24,699 bases of DNA from contig JAFOFS010000250.1 in the NCBI GenBank assembly GCA_017387165.1, positions 1 through 24,699 of the forward strand, given 5' to 3'. The notes under the pieces are model-generated. The model was not told the origin of the DNA. It ran no database searches and worked only from the letters and a program-made list of their open reading frames with translations. This stretch comes from Clostridia bacterium. Lineage in GTDB: Bacteria > Bacillota > Clostridia > Oscillospirales > Acutalibacteraceae. How positions within the stretch are numbered: position 1 is the stretch's first letter; each line of letters starts with the position of its first letter. The position numbers and the translations under genes are program-made. This document shows, piece by piece, positions 8,547 to 15,703 of the stretch.

Positions 8547-9974
8547 TCAATCCTTCTTTCTTTGTAATGCCTCCGTCACGATACGCCGCTCGTCAAGCGG
8601 CAGGACGGTATTTTTTACGATCTGCACGGTTTCGTGCCCTTTTCCTGCCAGCAAAACGGTATCTCCCGTCTTGGCTTGGGTCAGCACCCAGCGAATTGCC
8701 TCGGCGCGGTCGGGAATGACCGCCGTCGGCGTGCCGGGTGGGATGCCGCGCAGGATGTCGTCGATGATGTCGTCGGGCTGCTCCGAGCGGGGGTTATCCG
8801 AGGTCACCACCGTCAAGTCGGCGTATCGGGCGGCAATCGCCCCCATCTGCGGACGCTTGCCCTTGTCGCGGTCACCGCCGCAGCCAAACAGCACGAACAG
8901 GCGCCCGGTCAATCCGTGCTGCAGCGCCCGACAGATTTGTTCCAGCCCGTCGGGGGTGTGGGCGTAATCGATGAGCACGGTGAAATCGGTGTCGGTCGGC
9001 ACCACCTCGGCGCGTCCCTTGACGCCGCGCATATACGGCACGGCGCCGCAAACGGCGTCAAACGGCAAGCCGAGCGCCAACGCCGCGGCGATCGCCCCCA
9101 GCGCGTTGCTGACCGAAAATTCCCCGGGGATCGGCAACCGTACCCGTTGCTCGCGGTTGTCGGCGCAGACGGTGAATTCTACGCCGTCGGGGCGGTAGGA
9201 AACCGCTTTGGCGAAGACGTCGCCGCCCTCGCTTGAGGAGAACAAGCGCACGGGGCAGGGAAGCGACGCGGTCATACGGGCGGTCCACCGATCGCTTTTT
9301 TGCGCCACCGCGCAGTCGCTCTGTAAAAAGAGCAGCCGTTTGGCGTCGCAGTAGGCCTCCATCGTGCGGTGATAATCCAAATGATCTTGTGTCAGATTGG
9401 TAAAGATGCCGGCGGCGAAGCGGATGCCTGCCACCCGTTGCTGATGCAGCGCGTGGGAGGATACCTCCATCACCGCGAAATCACAGCCCTCGTCCGCCAT
9501 TTCCGCCAACAGCCGCTGCAGCTCGTAGGCGTCGGGGGTGGTGGAGGCGGAGGGAACGGTGCGATAGCCGATGCGATGGGCAACCGTGCCGATGAGGCCG
9601 ACGGTGTAGCCGCAGGCCTCCAGCATCTGCGCCAGCAGGTAGGTGGTGCTGGTCTTGCCGTTGGTGCCGGTCACGCCGACGACTCGCAGCCGCTCGGCAG
9701 GGCGACCGAACCAGTTGGCGGAGAGCAGCGCCCACGCGCGTCGCGTGTCGGGAACGAGAATTTGCTGCGGCAGACCGAGGTCCTTCCCGACCACCACCGC
9801 GGCTGCGCCGTTTGCCAGCGCCTCGGCGGCGAAGCGGTGTCCGTCGGTGTCTACGCCGTCGATACAGACGAACAGACAACCGGCGGTTACCGCACGGGAA
9901 TCACAGACGAGTGACGAAATCCAAACATCCTGTCGGACGGCGGCCACGCCGTCGAGTAATTCCCGTAAATTCAT
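8547..9974 (-). CDS. murE: UDP-MurNAc-L-Ala-D-Glu:meso-diaminopimelate ligase MurE, first tandem copy, canonical DNPR motif (475 aa)
   Basis: GVTGTNGKTST, MEVSSH, FTNLTQDHLDYH, DYAHTPD, FGCGGDRDKGKRP, SDNPRSE (DNPR at 8787-8798). Confidence 0.95.
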   Translation of the reverse strand: MNLRELLDGVAAVRQDVWISSLVCDSRAVTAGCLFVCIDGVDTDGHRFAAEALANGAAAVVVGKDLGLPQQILVPDTRRAWALLSANWFGRPAERLRVVGVTGTNGKTSTTYLLAQMLEACGYTVGLIGTVAHRIGYRTVPSASTTPDAYELQRLLAEMADEGCDFAVMEVSSHALHQQRVAGIRFAAGIFTNLTQDHLDYHRTMEAYCDAKRLLFLQSDCAVAQKSDRWTARMTASLPCPVRLFSSSEGGDVFAKAVSYRPDGVEFTVCADNREQRVRLPIPGEFSVSNALGAIAAALALGLPFDAVCGAVPYMRGVKGRAEVVPTDTDFTVLIDYAHTPDGLEQICRALQHGLTGRLFVLFGCGGDRDKGKRPQMGAIAARYADLTVVTSDNPRSEQPDDIIDDILRGIPPGTPTAVIPDRAEAIRWVLTQAKTGDTVLLAGKGHETVQIVKNTVLPLDERRIVTEALQRKKD

Positions 9975-9989
9975 CGATAAGCCCCCTGT

Positions 9990-12236
9990 TCAGTCGTCTA
10001 CGTCCAGATACGAGAAGTGTACGTTTACGACCGAACCCAGCGGCATCTCCGTGCCTTCCGGCCATTCCTGCGACGAACAGATCGCCGTGCCGTGTTCGAC
10101 GCTCAGACCGGATACGATCAGGTTGATGTCGGCGGCGTAGGCGGCGTAGGTCGCCTGGGTAAGCGACATTCCGATAAAGTTGGGCACGACGGTGTTTTCG
10201 CTGAGCGATTCACTGTCGGTGTACAGCACGATGGTGCCCTCTTTCGGAATGGTGGCACCCGCGGCGGGCACCTGGTCCAAAACCGTCTGTCCGTCACCGA
10301 CGACGGTGTAGTCCAGCCCGGCGTTGTTGAGCAAGGTCTTGGCGGTGTCCAGTTCCTTGTCGGTGACGTTGGGGGCGGTGGTGGACAGATTGGCAAGTTC
10401 TTTTTCGGTATACAACGGCTCGATGCCGAGATAGGGGAGGGTATCCTCGATGACCTGTCGGCAGACCGGCGCTGCGACGTAGCTGCCGTGGACGTTGGAG
10501 CCGTGCGGCTCGTCGATCATGGCCAACACCGCAATTTCGGGGTTGTTGCCGGGGGCAAAGGTACCAAACGACGCCCACACGCTCTCTTTGGTTTCGGTGT
10601 CGTCGGCGGTACCGGATTTACCGGCCACGCGGTAGCCGGCGACGTAGACGTTCTTGCAGCCGCCGCCGTCCACCGCCGCCTGCATCATTTCGTTGACCTG
10701 AAGAGCGGCGGAAGCGGAGATGACCTGACGCTTGACGGTGGTCTTCGTTTCGGACACGATGTTTTGATTGGCGTCCAGCACACGCTGCACGACGTACGGC
10801 TGCACCAGATAGCCGCCGTTGGCGACCGCCGAGAGGGCGGTGATCATTTGAATGGGGGTGACCTTAAAGGTCTGACCCATCGACTGGCAGGCTACCTCCA
10901 GCGGTGTCATATTGCTGCCGTGATACAGGCTTTCGGACGGTGCCGCCTCGCCCAGCATATCGATGCCGGTGCGCTCGGTGAAGCCGAAGCCGACAAAGTA
11001 TTTGAAGTACAGGCTGCCGCCGATCGCCATACCCAGCTTGGCAAACGCCGGGTTGCAGGAATGGGACAGCGTTTCCGCAAAGGTTTGGGAACCGTGACCC
11101 ACCAGATAGTGGCAGTTGATGATATCCGGGCCGATGGCCAGATAACCGGGGCAGTAGGTGGTGTCGCCGGTCACCTGAATGCCGGCGTCCACGGCCATGG
11201 CGGAGGTGAACACCTTAAACACCGAGCCCGGCTCGTAGTATTCGGAAACCGCCTTGTTGGTCCATTGCTTCTGCAGGGCGGCGGTGCGCGCCGCGGCGCG
11301 TTCTTCCTCGTCCTGAATCTGCTGGATGGCCTCCAGCGCGGCGGTGTCGTACACGGTGAACGGTTCGTTGGGATCATAGTCGCCCGAAACCGCGCAGGCG
11401 AGGATGGCGCCGGTGTTGACGTTCATCACCAAACAGATGCCGCGGTTGGTCGCCTGCGAATTGGTGATCGCTTCGTCCAGATATTTTTCCGCGAAGTGTT
11501 GGATAGTGGAATCGATGGTCAGCACCAGACTGTTGCCGTCCTCCGCGTCCACCGTCTTTTCATACGTCAGGGCGATGGACATATCGCCGCCAACGCCGTT
11601 TTGCGCCGTGACGATGCGTCCGGGGATACCGGCCAGCACCTCGTCGTATTGCGCCTCCAGACCGTACAGGCCGTAGTAGTCGGCACCGCAGAAGCCGATT
11701 ACCGTCGAGGCGAGCGAGCCTTGCGGATACGAACGGGTGTAGTCGGAAATGATGCGGAAAACGCCGGCTCCGGAAAGCTCCTTGCTTTCCACCCACTCGA
11801 TGAATTCCTCCACCAGCGGACGCTCGATCTTTTGTACCACGACGGCGTATTGCGAAGTGGTGTCGGTGGCACGGTTGTACAGGCGGTCGCGGTCTACCTT
11901 AAACATCACCGACAGCTCGTCGGCGATCGTCTCGGCGGTGTCCTCGTCGGGGATGTTGCTCGGGTCCATAATGACCGTCCATACCTGCTCCGATTCCGCC
12001 AGAACGTTTAAGTTGCAGTCGTAGATGGTGCCGCGGGAGGCATCGACCAGCGTGTCGCTCATCTGCTGCGAAACGGCAAGAGACGACCAATAATCGTGCT
12101 GGAATACCTGCACGTACAGCAGGCGTCCCATAATGCAAAATACCGTCAGCGCCATGACGACGAGAACCCAGATACTGCGGTTCCACATCGAGCGGGTCGG
12201 CAGCTTGGTGGTGGCGGTGCGCTTCTCGTTTGCCAT
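9990..12236 (-). CDS. spoVD: Class B penicillin-binding protein, FtsI/SpoVD family, with two C-terminal PASTA domains (748 aa)
   Basis: N-terminal TM, RGTIYD dimerisation motif, SxxK (GSVFK), SxN (SCN), KSG; two PASTA repeats. Start MANEKR at 12236 has AAAAGGAGG RBS. SpoVD vs FtsI is inferred from the upstream SigE-like promoter. Confidence 0.88.
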   Translation of the reverse strand: MANEKRTATTKLPTRSMWNRSIWVLVVMALTVFCIMGRLLYVQVFQHDYWSSLAVSQQMSDTLVDASRGTIYDCNLNVLAESEQVWTVIMDPSNIPDEDTAETIADELSVMFKVDRDRLYNRATDTTSQYAVVVQKIERPLVEEFIEWVESKELSGAGVFRIISDYTRSYPQGSLASTVIGFCGADYYGLYGLEAQYDEVLAGIPGRIVTAQNGVGGDMSIALTYEKTVDAEDGNSLVLTIDSTIQHFAEKYLDEAITNSQATNRGICLVMNVNTGAILACAVSGDYDPNEPFTVYDTAALEAIQQIQDEEERAAARTAALQKQWTNKAVSEYYEPGSVFKVFTSAMAVDAGIQVTGDTTYCPGYLAIGPDIINCHYLVGHGSQTFAETLSHSCNPAFAKLGMAIGGSLYFKYFVGFGFTERTGIDMLGEAAPSESLYHGSNMTPLEVACQSMGQTFKVTPIQMITALSAVANGGYLVQPYVVQRVLDANQNIVSETKTTVKRQVISASAALQVNEMMQAAVDGGGCKNVYVAGYRVAGKSGTADDTETKESVWASFGTFAPGNNPEIAVLAMIDEPHGSNVHGSYVAAPVCRQVIEDTLPYLGIEPLYTEKELANLSTTAPNVTDKELDTAKTLLNNAGLDYTVVGDGQTVLDQVPAAGATIPKEGTIVLYTDSESLSENTVVPNFIGMSLTQATYAAYAADINLIVSGLSVEHGTAICSSQEWPEGTEMPLGSVVNVHFSYLDVDD

Positions 12237-12263
12237 GGTCGAATCCTCCTTTTCATGATCTCT

Positions 12264-12304
12264 AAAAATAGCAAAAAGGTCCAAGACTATCCTCATCTCG
12301 GACC
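12264..12304 (-). terminator. Terminator-like hairpin between ftsL and the PBP gene
   Basis: Minus strand GGTCCGAGA-9 nt loop-TCTTGGACC (9 bp with one G-U pair) followed by TTTTTGCTATTTTT. Confidence 0.55.
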
Positions 12305-12334
12305 TTCGGGTCGCATAGGCAGGCGTCTGTCACT

Positions 12335-12362
12335 ATTGTATGACACCTGCGGGCGAATATTA
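12335..12362 (-). promoter_or_regulatory. Putative SigE-type sporulation promoter upstream of the PBP gene
   Basis: Minus strand TAATATT-13 nt-CATACAAT; the -10 equals the Bacillus SigE consensus CATAcaaT and the -35 resembles TCATATT. Confidence 0.55.
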
Positions 12363-12827
12363 CGAAAACAAGCCGACGACACCCTTCCAAAGGCCGGTAA
12401 AGAAATTTTCACCGCCGTCGGCGGGCAACTCGGCGCGGTCAACCGAATCCACCGAGAAATAGTGGATTTGATTGGGCTCGACCTTGACCATCCCGTGCTC
12501 CTTGGCGTACGCCTCGACGTTGTCGGGACTGGCGACTTCCGCGATCTCACCCTTCAGGCGGACGTTTTCGCTCTGCAGGATCTGCGTCTGCTCCCGTGCC
12601 TCCTAAATGCTCGTGTTCAGCTCGGTGAGACGCACACGGGCGAAGATGGCGAGCAATACGAAGGAAAGCGCCACCGCGGTGCAGGCAACGGTCGCCAACG
12701 TATTCAGAGTGGATTGGACCCGACGCTGGCGCTTGTTGGCTCTGACCGCTTTTTTATTCGGTTTTAACGCGACGACGTTCGGCTTTTTTTCCTCGAACAT
12801 CGACAGGTCGTATGCGTGCTGTGCCAT
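12360..12827 (-). pseudogene. ftsL: FtsL-like cell division protein interrupted by one in-frame TAG at codon 75 (155 aa if read through)
   Basis: Between rsmH and the PBP gene; AAAGGAGTG RBS; basic N-terminus plus TM (74 aa), TAG at 12603-12605, then the same frame stays open for 80 codons (EAREQTQILQSENVRLKGEIAEVASPDNVEAYAKEHGMVKVEPNQIHYFSV...FFTGLWKGVVGLFS) to TAA at 12360-12362. Confidence 0.85.
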
Positions 12828-12842
12828 CGGGTCTCACTCCTT

Positions 12843-13781
12843 TCAATCGTTGTATGGCTCGTGTCGCTTGATGATGCAGCGGAGCTTGGCGCTTCGGCTG
12901 CGTGGATTTTCGGCTTCCTCCTGCGGCGTGGCGACGATCGGTTTACGGATCGCCGGTTCGGCAGCCGGAGTGCGTCCGCAGACGCAGACGGGAAATTGCG
13001 GAGGGCAGATGCAGCCCTGCCGCCACGCGGCGAAGCGTTGCTTGACGATGCGATCTTCCAGCGAGTGGAAGGTGATGATCGCCAACCGTCCGCCTTCCTT
13101 CAGGCAACCGAACGCGGTGTCCAGCGCTTCGGACAGGCAATCCAACTCGCCGTTGACGGCGATGCGGATCGCTTGGAAGGATTTACGGGCAGGGTGACCG
13201 GCGCGCCGTACGGCGGCAGGTACGCTCTCGCAGATGATATCCGACAGCTCGAAGGTGGTGCGGATGGGCTTGTCCTTTCGCGCCTCCACAATGTTGCGAG
13301 CAATCTGTCGGGAAAATTTTTCTTCACCGTATTCCCAGAGGATACGGGCGATCTCACGCTCGTCGGCGGTGTTGATCAGATCGGCGGCGGTCGGGCCGCT
13401 TTGACTCATGCGCATATCCAGCGGTGCGTCCATATGGAACGAGAAGCCGCGGTTGGCGGTATCCAGCTGGTGGGAGGACACGCCGATGTCCAGCAGAATG
13501 CCGTCCACGCCGTCCACGCCGTGCGCGGCCAACACCTTGTCCATCTCGGTGAAATTGGAATGCACCACCGTGGCCGGCAGACCGGCTAACCGCTTTCCTG
13601 CCTCCGCAATGGCGTCGGGATCGCGGTCAAGAGAATAAAGATGACCGGTGGTCAGTCGGGACGCGATCTCAAAGGAATGTCCGCCGCCGCCGGCCGTGCC
13701 GTCCACGTACAGGCCGTCCGGTCGGACGTCCAACGCGTCGATGGTCGGCTGAAGCAGCACCGGCAAATGATAGGCGCCCAT
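12843..13781 (-). CDS. rsmH: 16S rRNA m4C1402 methyltransferase RsmH (MraW)
   Basis: HLPVLL, DGTAGGGGHS, DIGVSSHQLD, RGFSF, PLDMRM, FQAIRIAVN, ITFHSLEDR, NPRSRSAKLR; TGATG overlap with mraZ. Confidence 0.98.
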   Translation of the reverse strand: MGAYHLPVLLQPTIDALDVRPDGLYVDGTAGGGGHSFEIASRLTTGHLYSLDRDPDAIAEAGKRLAGLPATVVHSNFTEMDKVLAAHGVDGVDGILLDIGVSSHQLDTANRGFSFHMDAPLDMRMSQSGPTAADLINTADEREIARILWEYGEEKFSRQIARNIVEARKDKPIRTTFELSDIICESVPAAVRRAGHPARKSFQAIRIAVNGELDCLSEALDTAFGCLKEGGRLAIITFHSLEDRIVKQRFAAWRQGCICPPQFPVCVCGRTPAAEPAIRKPIVATPQEEAENPRSRSAKLRCIIKRHEPYND

Positions 13782-14200
13782 CAGAACAGCGCCACCGCCA
13801 GCGCGGTTTCGATCTCGTCGTCGTCCATCTCTTCCATTTCCTGCTCGTACATGGTCGGGTTCCAGATCTCCGCACGGGTGCCGGCACCGATGACCAGCGC
13901 TTCTTTCTCGATGGAAGCGTACTCAAGCAGCTCTTTTTTCAGATTGATACGACCCTGCGCGTCGATGTCAACGTCGCAGGCGTGGGATGCCAGATAACGG
14001 GACAGCTTGCGGACCTCTTTGGTCATCGGCTGATCGCTCAGCTTGGCCATCCGCTCGTTCCACTCGGCAAGAGAATACAGGCAGATGCAGTGATCCATCA
14101 CCGCCGCCGCGACGAACGATTCGCCGAGCTCTGCGCGGAACTTCGCCGGGACGAACAAGCGGCCCTTGGCGTCTACGTTGTGTTGATATTTACCGAGCAT
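13781..14200 (-). CDS. mraZ: Division/cell wall cluster transcriptional repressor MraZ
   Basis: Two SpoVT/AbrB-type repeats (VDAKGRLFVP; IDAQGRINL), GAGTRAEIW; GAAAGGAGG RBS; first gene of the dcw cluster. Confidence 0.97.
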   Translation of the reverse strand: MLGKYQHNVDAKGRLFVPAKFRAELGESFVAAAVMDHCICLYSLAEWNERMAKLSDQPMTKEVRKLSRYLASHACDVDIDAQGRINLKKELLEYASIEKEALVIGAGTRAEIWNPTMYEQEMEEMDDDEIETALAVALF

Positions 14201-14244
14201 CTGTCTGCCTCCTTTCGGTTTGGTGTGGTCGGGTGGATTGCAGC

Positions 14245-14309
14245 GGCTTCACACGGGATTCACAGCGTTTTCACATCCGTGTTGAAAAGTTGGTTGAAAC
14301 TGTTGAAAA
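14245..14309. repeat. Phased short repeats in the mraZ 5' leader
   Basis: TTCACA at 14248, 14259 and 14270 (exact 11-bp period), then GTTGAAA at 14281, 14293 and 14302. Confidence 0.7.
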
Positions 14310-14310
14310 T

Positions 14311-14350
14311 TCCCCACTTCTAAACATTTCGCACCACTTTGCACCCTTAT
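14311..14350 (-). promoter_or_regulatory. Putative MraZ binding boxes
   Basis: Four minus-strand decamers with 10-bp period just downstream of the -10: ATAAGGGTGC, AAAGTGGTGC, GAAATGTTTA, GAAGTGGGGA. These resemble the GTGG-type repeats bound by MraZ upstream of mraZ in Firmicutes and Mollicutes. Confidence 0.7.
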
Positions 14351-14356
14351 GGGACT

Positions 14357-14385
14357 ATTATATACGCATTTAATAAAAATTGCAA
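14357..14385 (-). promoter_or_regulatory. Sigma-A promoter of the dcw (mraZ) operon
   Basis: Minus strand TTGCAA-17 nt-TATAAT. Confidence 0.8.
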
Positions 14386-14455
14386 GGGGTTTTTCGAAAA
14401 AAAGCCCTTGCAATCAACTGGAAAATTTTCACAAAATTTGACACTGTTTTTCGGT

Positions 14456-14500
14456 AAAAAGAACAAGGACTCGACCGCCCCTTTCGGGGAAGTCGAGTCC
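14456..14500 (-). terminator. Intrinsic terminator ending the Rnf-like/hydrolase operon
   Basis: Minus strand GGACTCGAC-TT-CCCC-GAAA-GGGG-CG-GTCGAGTCC followed by TTGTTCTTTTT, about 18 nt after the stop at 14519. Confidence 0.8.
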
Positions 14501-14518
14501 GAATTGCGTTTGTTGAAA

Positions 14519-15691
14519 TCAGCCTTTCAAGGCGGCGAAATCGTAGCTGCCGTTGGCGGCATACACCACCACGGGACCGTCTCCGACCGCTTTCAGCATG
14601 GCCTTGATCTGGTTGGCGTTTTGTCCGTTCACGTTCAGCCACGGCAGCAGCGCGGGGGCGCTTTCGCCCAGCTCATCGGCGCGGAAGCGGATCTTCTCCA
14701 GCATCGCCTGCGTGCCGTTTTGCGGCAGCATCGGGGAGAGGAAATCGCCGCCGAACTTGAGCGGATTGTCGCTTCCGTAAATGGCGGTGTTGCTGCCGGT
14801 GGCGGATTCGCCTGCGCAGCAGAAGCTGAGCTCCATACCGGTCAAAGCGGTTTTCGCCTCGCTGACAAAGGTCTGCAGCACGGCGATCTCCGGCTTCTGC
14901 TGATTGGTCAGCGAGCTGTCGAAGAATGCCAGCTGACGCTGGAACGGGAACTGGACGCCGTCGTAGATGAGGGCGGTGAAGCCGACCTCCTGCAGCTCCT
15001 TGCCCAAGCCGACGAGATACTGACGGGCGCCGGGCTTGTACGGGTTGAGCCAGGTTTTGCCGCCCTTGTCGTAGGCGTTGTCCAGCCAATCGGTCATGGT
15101 GCCTTCGGCGTAATATTCGATGATGGCATCCATCGAGCGATAGGTGCGGTCATAAAAGGCGTACAGATAGCCGACCGCCAGCATATCCTGCTCCTCGCAG
15201 ACGGCAAGAAGCGCTTTGAGCTGCGCTTTGCTGACGGCGGTGGCGTGCACGCTGCCGGCTTTTTTGACGGTGTCGCTTTCCGCTTGGAAATACACCCGTC
15301 CGACCGTGTCCTTCAGCTCCAGCACCACGCCGTTGTAGCCGGCGGCTTTGGCGGCGGTCACCGTCTGCGCAAAGGCAGCGGTATCCCCCAGCGCCGACGG
15401 CGGCAGATAAACGGCACGCAGACCCGACAGGGATTTTTGCGGAGCGGGGGTGACGGTGGTCTGGGTGTTGGTCGTCGAAGCGGTGCTGTCGGTCGAGGTG
15501 GTGGAGGAGGGTGTGCTGACGTCGGGGGTGGTCTGCGGACGATTCAGCAGCCATTTACCGGCGAGCACGCCGAGCGCCACGATGCCGATACAGGCAACTA
15601 CGGCGCCGAGTGTTTTCCAGATCGGGGAACGCCGGCGGTAAGGATTGCGGCGCCGATAGGTGGGGCGCCGTTTGATTTTACGCGGTTTCAT
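14519..15691 (-). CDS. Membrane-anchored putative glycoside hydrolase-like TIM-barrel protein (DUF4015/GHL10-like, 390 aa)
   Basis: Arg-rich N-terminus, one TM helix, Ser/Thr-rich linker, then LRAVYL, GYNGVVLELKDTVGRVYF, WLNPY...ARQYL and GFTALIYDGVQFP, resembling DUF4015/GHL10 motifs; AAAGGAGG RBS overlaps the upstream stop. Confidence 0.65.
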   Translation of the reverse strand: MKPRKIKRRPTYRRRNPYRRRSPIWKTLGAVVACIGIVALGVLAGKWLLNRPQTTPDVSTPSSTTSTDSTASTTNTQTTVTPAPQKSLSGLRAVYLPPSALGDTAAFAQTVTAAKAAGYNGVVLELKDTVGRVYFQAESDTVKKAGSVHATAVSKAQLKALLAVCEEQDMLAVGYLYAFYDRTYRSMDAIIEYYAEGTMTDWLDNAYDKGGKTWLNPYKPGARQYLVGLGKELQEVGFTALIYDGVQFPFQRQLAFFDSSLTNQQKPEIAVLQTFVSEAKTALTGMELSFCCAGESATGSNTAIYGSDNPLKFGGDFLSPMLPQNGTQAMLEKIRFRADELGESAPALLPWLNVNGQNANQIKAMLKAVGDGPVVVYAANGSYDFAALKG

Positions 15692-15703
15692 CGTGACCCT
15701 CCT

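Noticed and set aside
10017-12011. 664-aa plus-strand ORF opposite the PBP gene
   Set aside because: Antisense shadow ORF; V/G/D/H-rich composition typical of the reverse frame of GC-rich genes.
12256-12277. TTTTAGAG and AAATAGCAA fragments resembling type II CRISPR repeat or tracrRNA pieces (also at 11-20)
   Set aside because: Only 8-9 nt matches in AT-rich DNA; no repeat-spacer array and no cas genes.
12300-12335. GTGAC...GCGACCC resembles part of the ZTP (pfl) riboswitch
   Set aside because: The 3' CGCCUGGGC pseudoknot segment and the P2 arrangement are missing, and the downstream gene context does not fit.
15620-15691. Possible twin-arginine signal peptide in the hydrolase-like protein
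   Set aside because: No S/T-R-R-x-F-L-K consensus and no clear cleavage site; better explained as a positive-inside membrane anchor.
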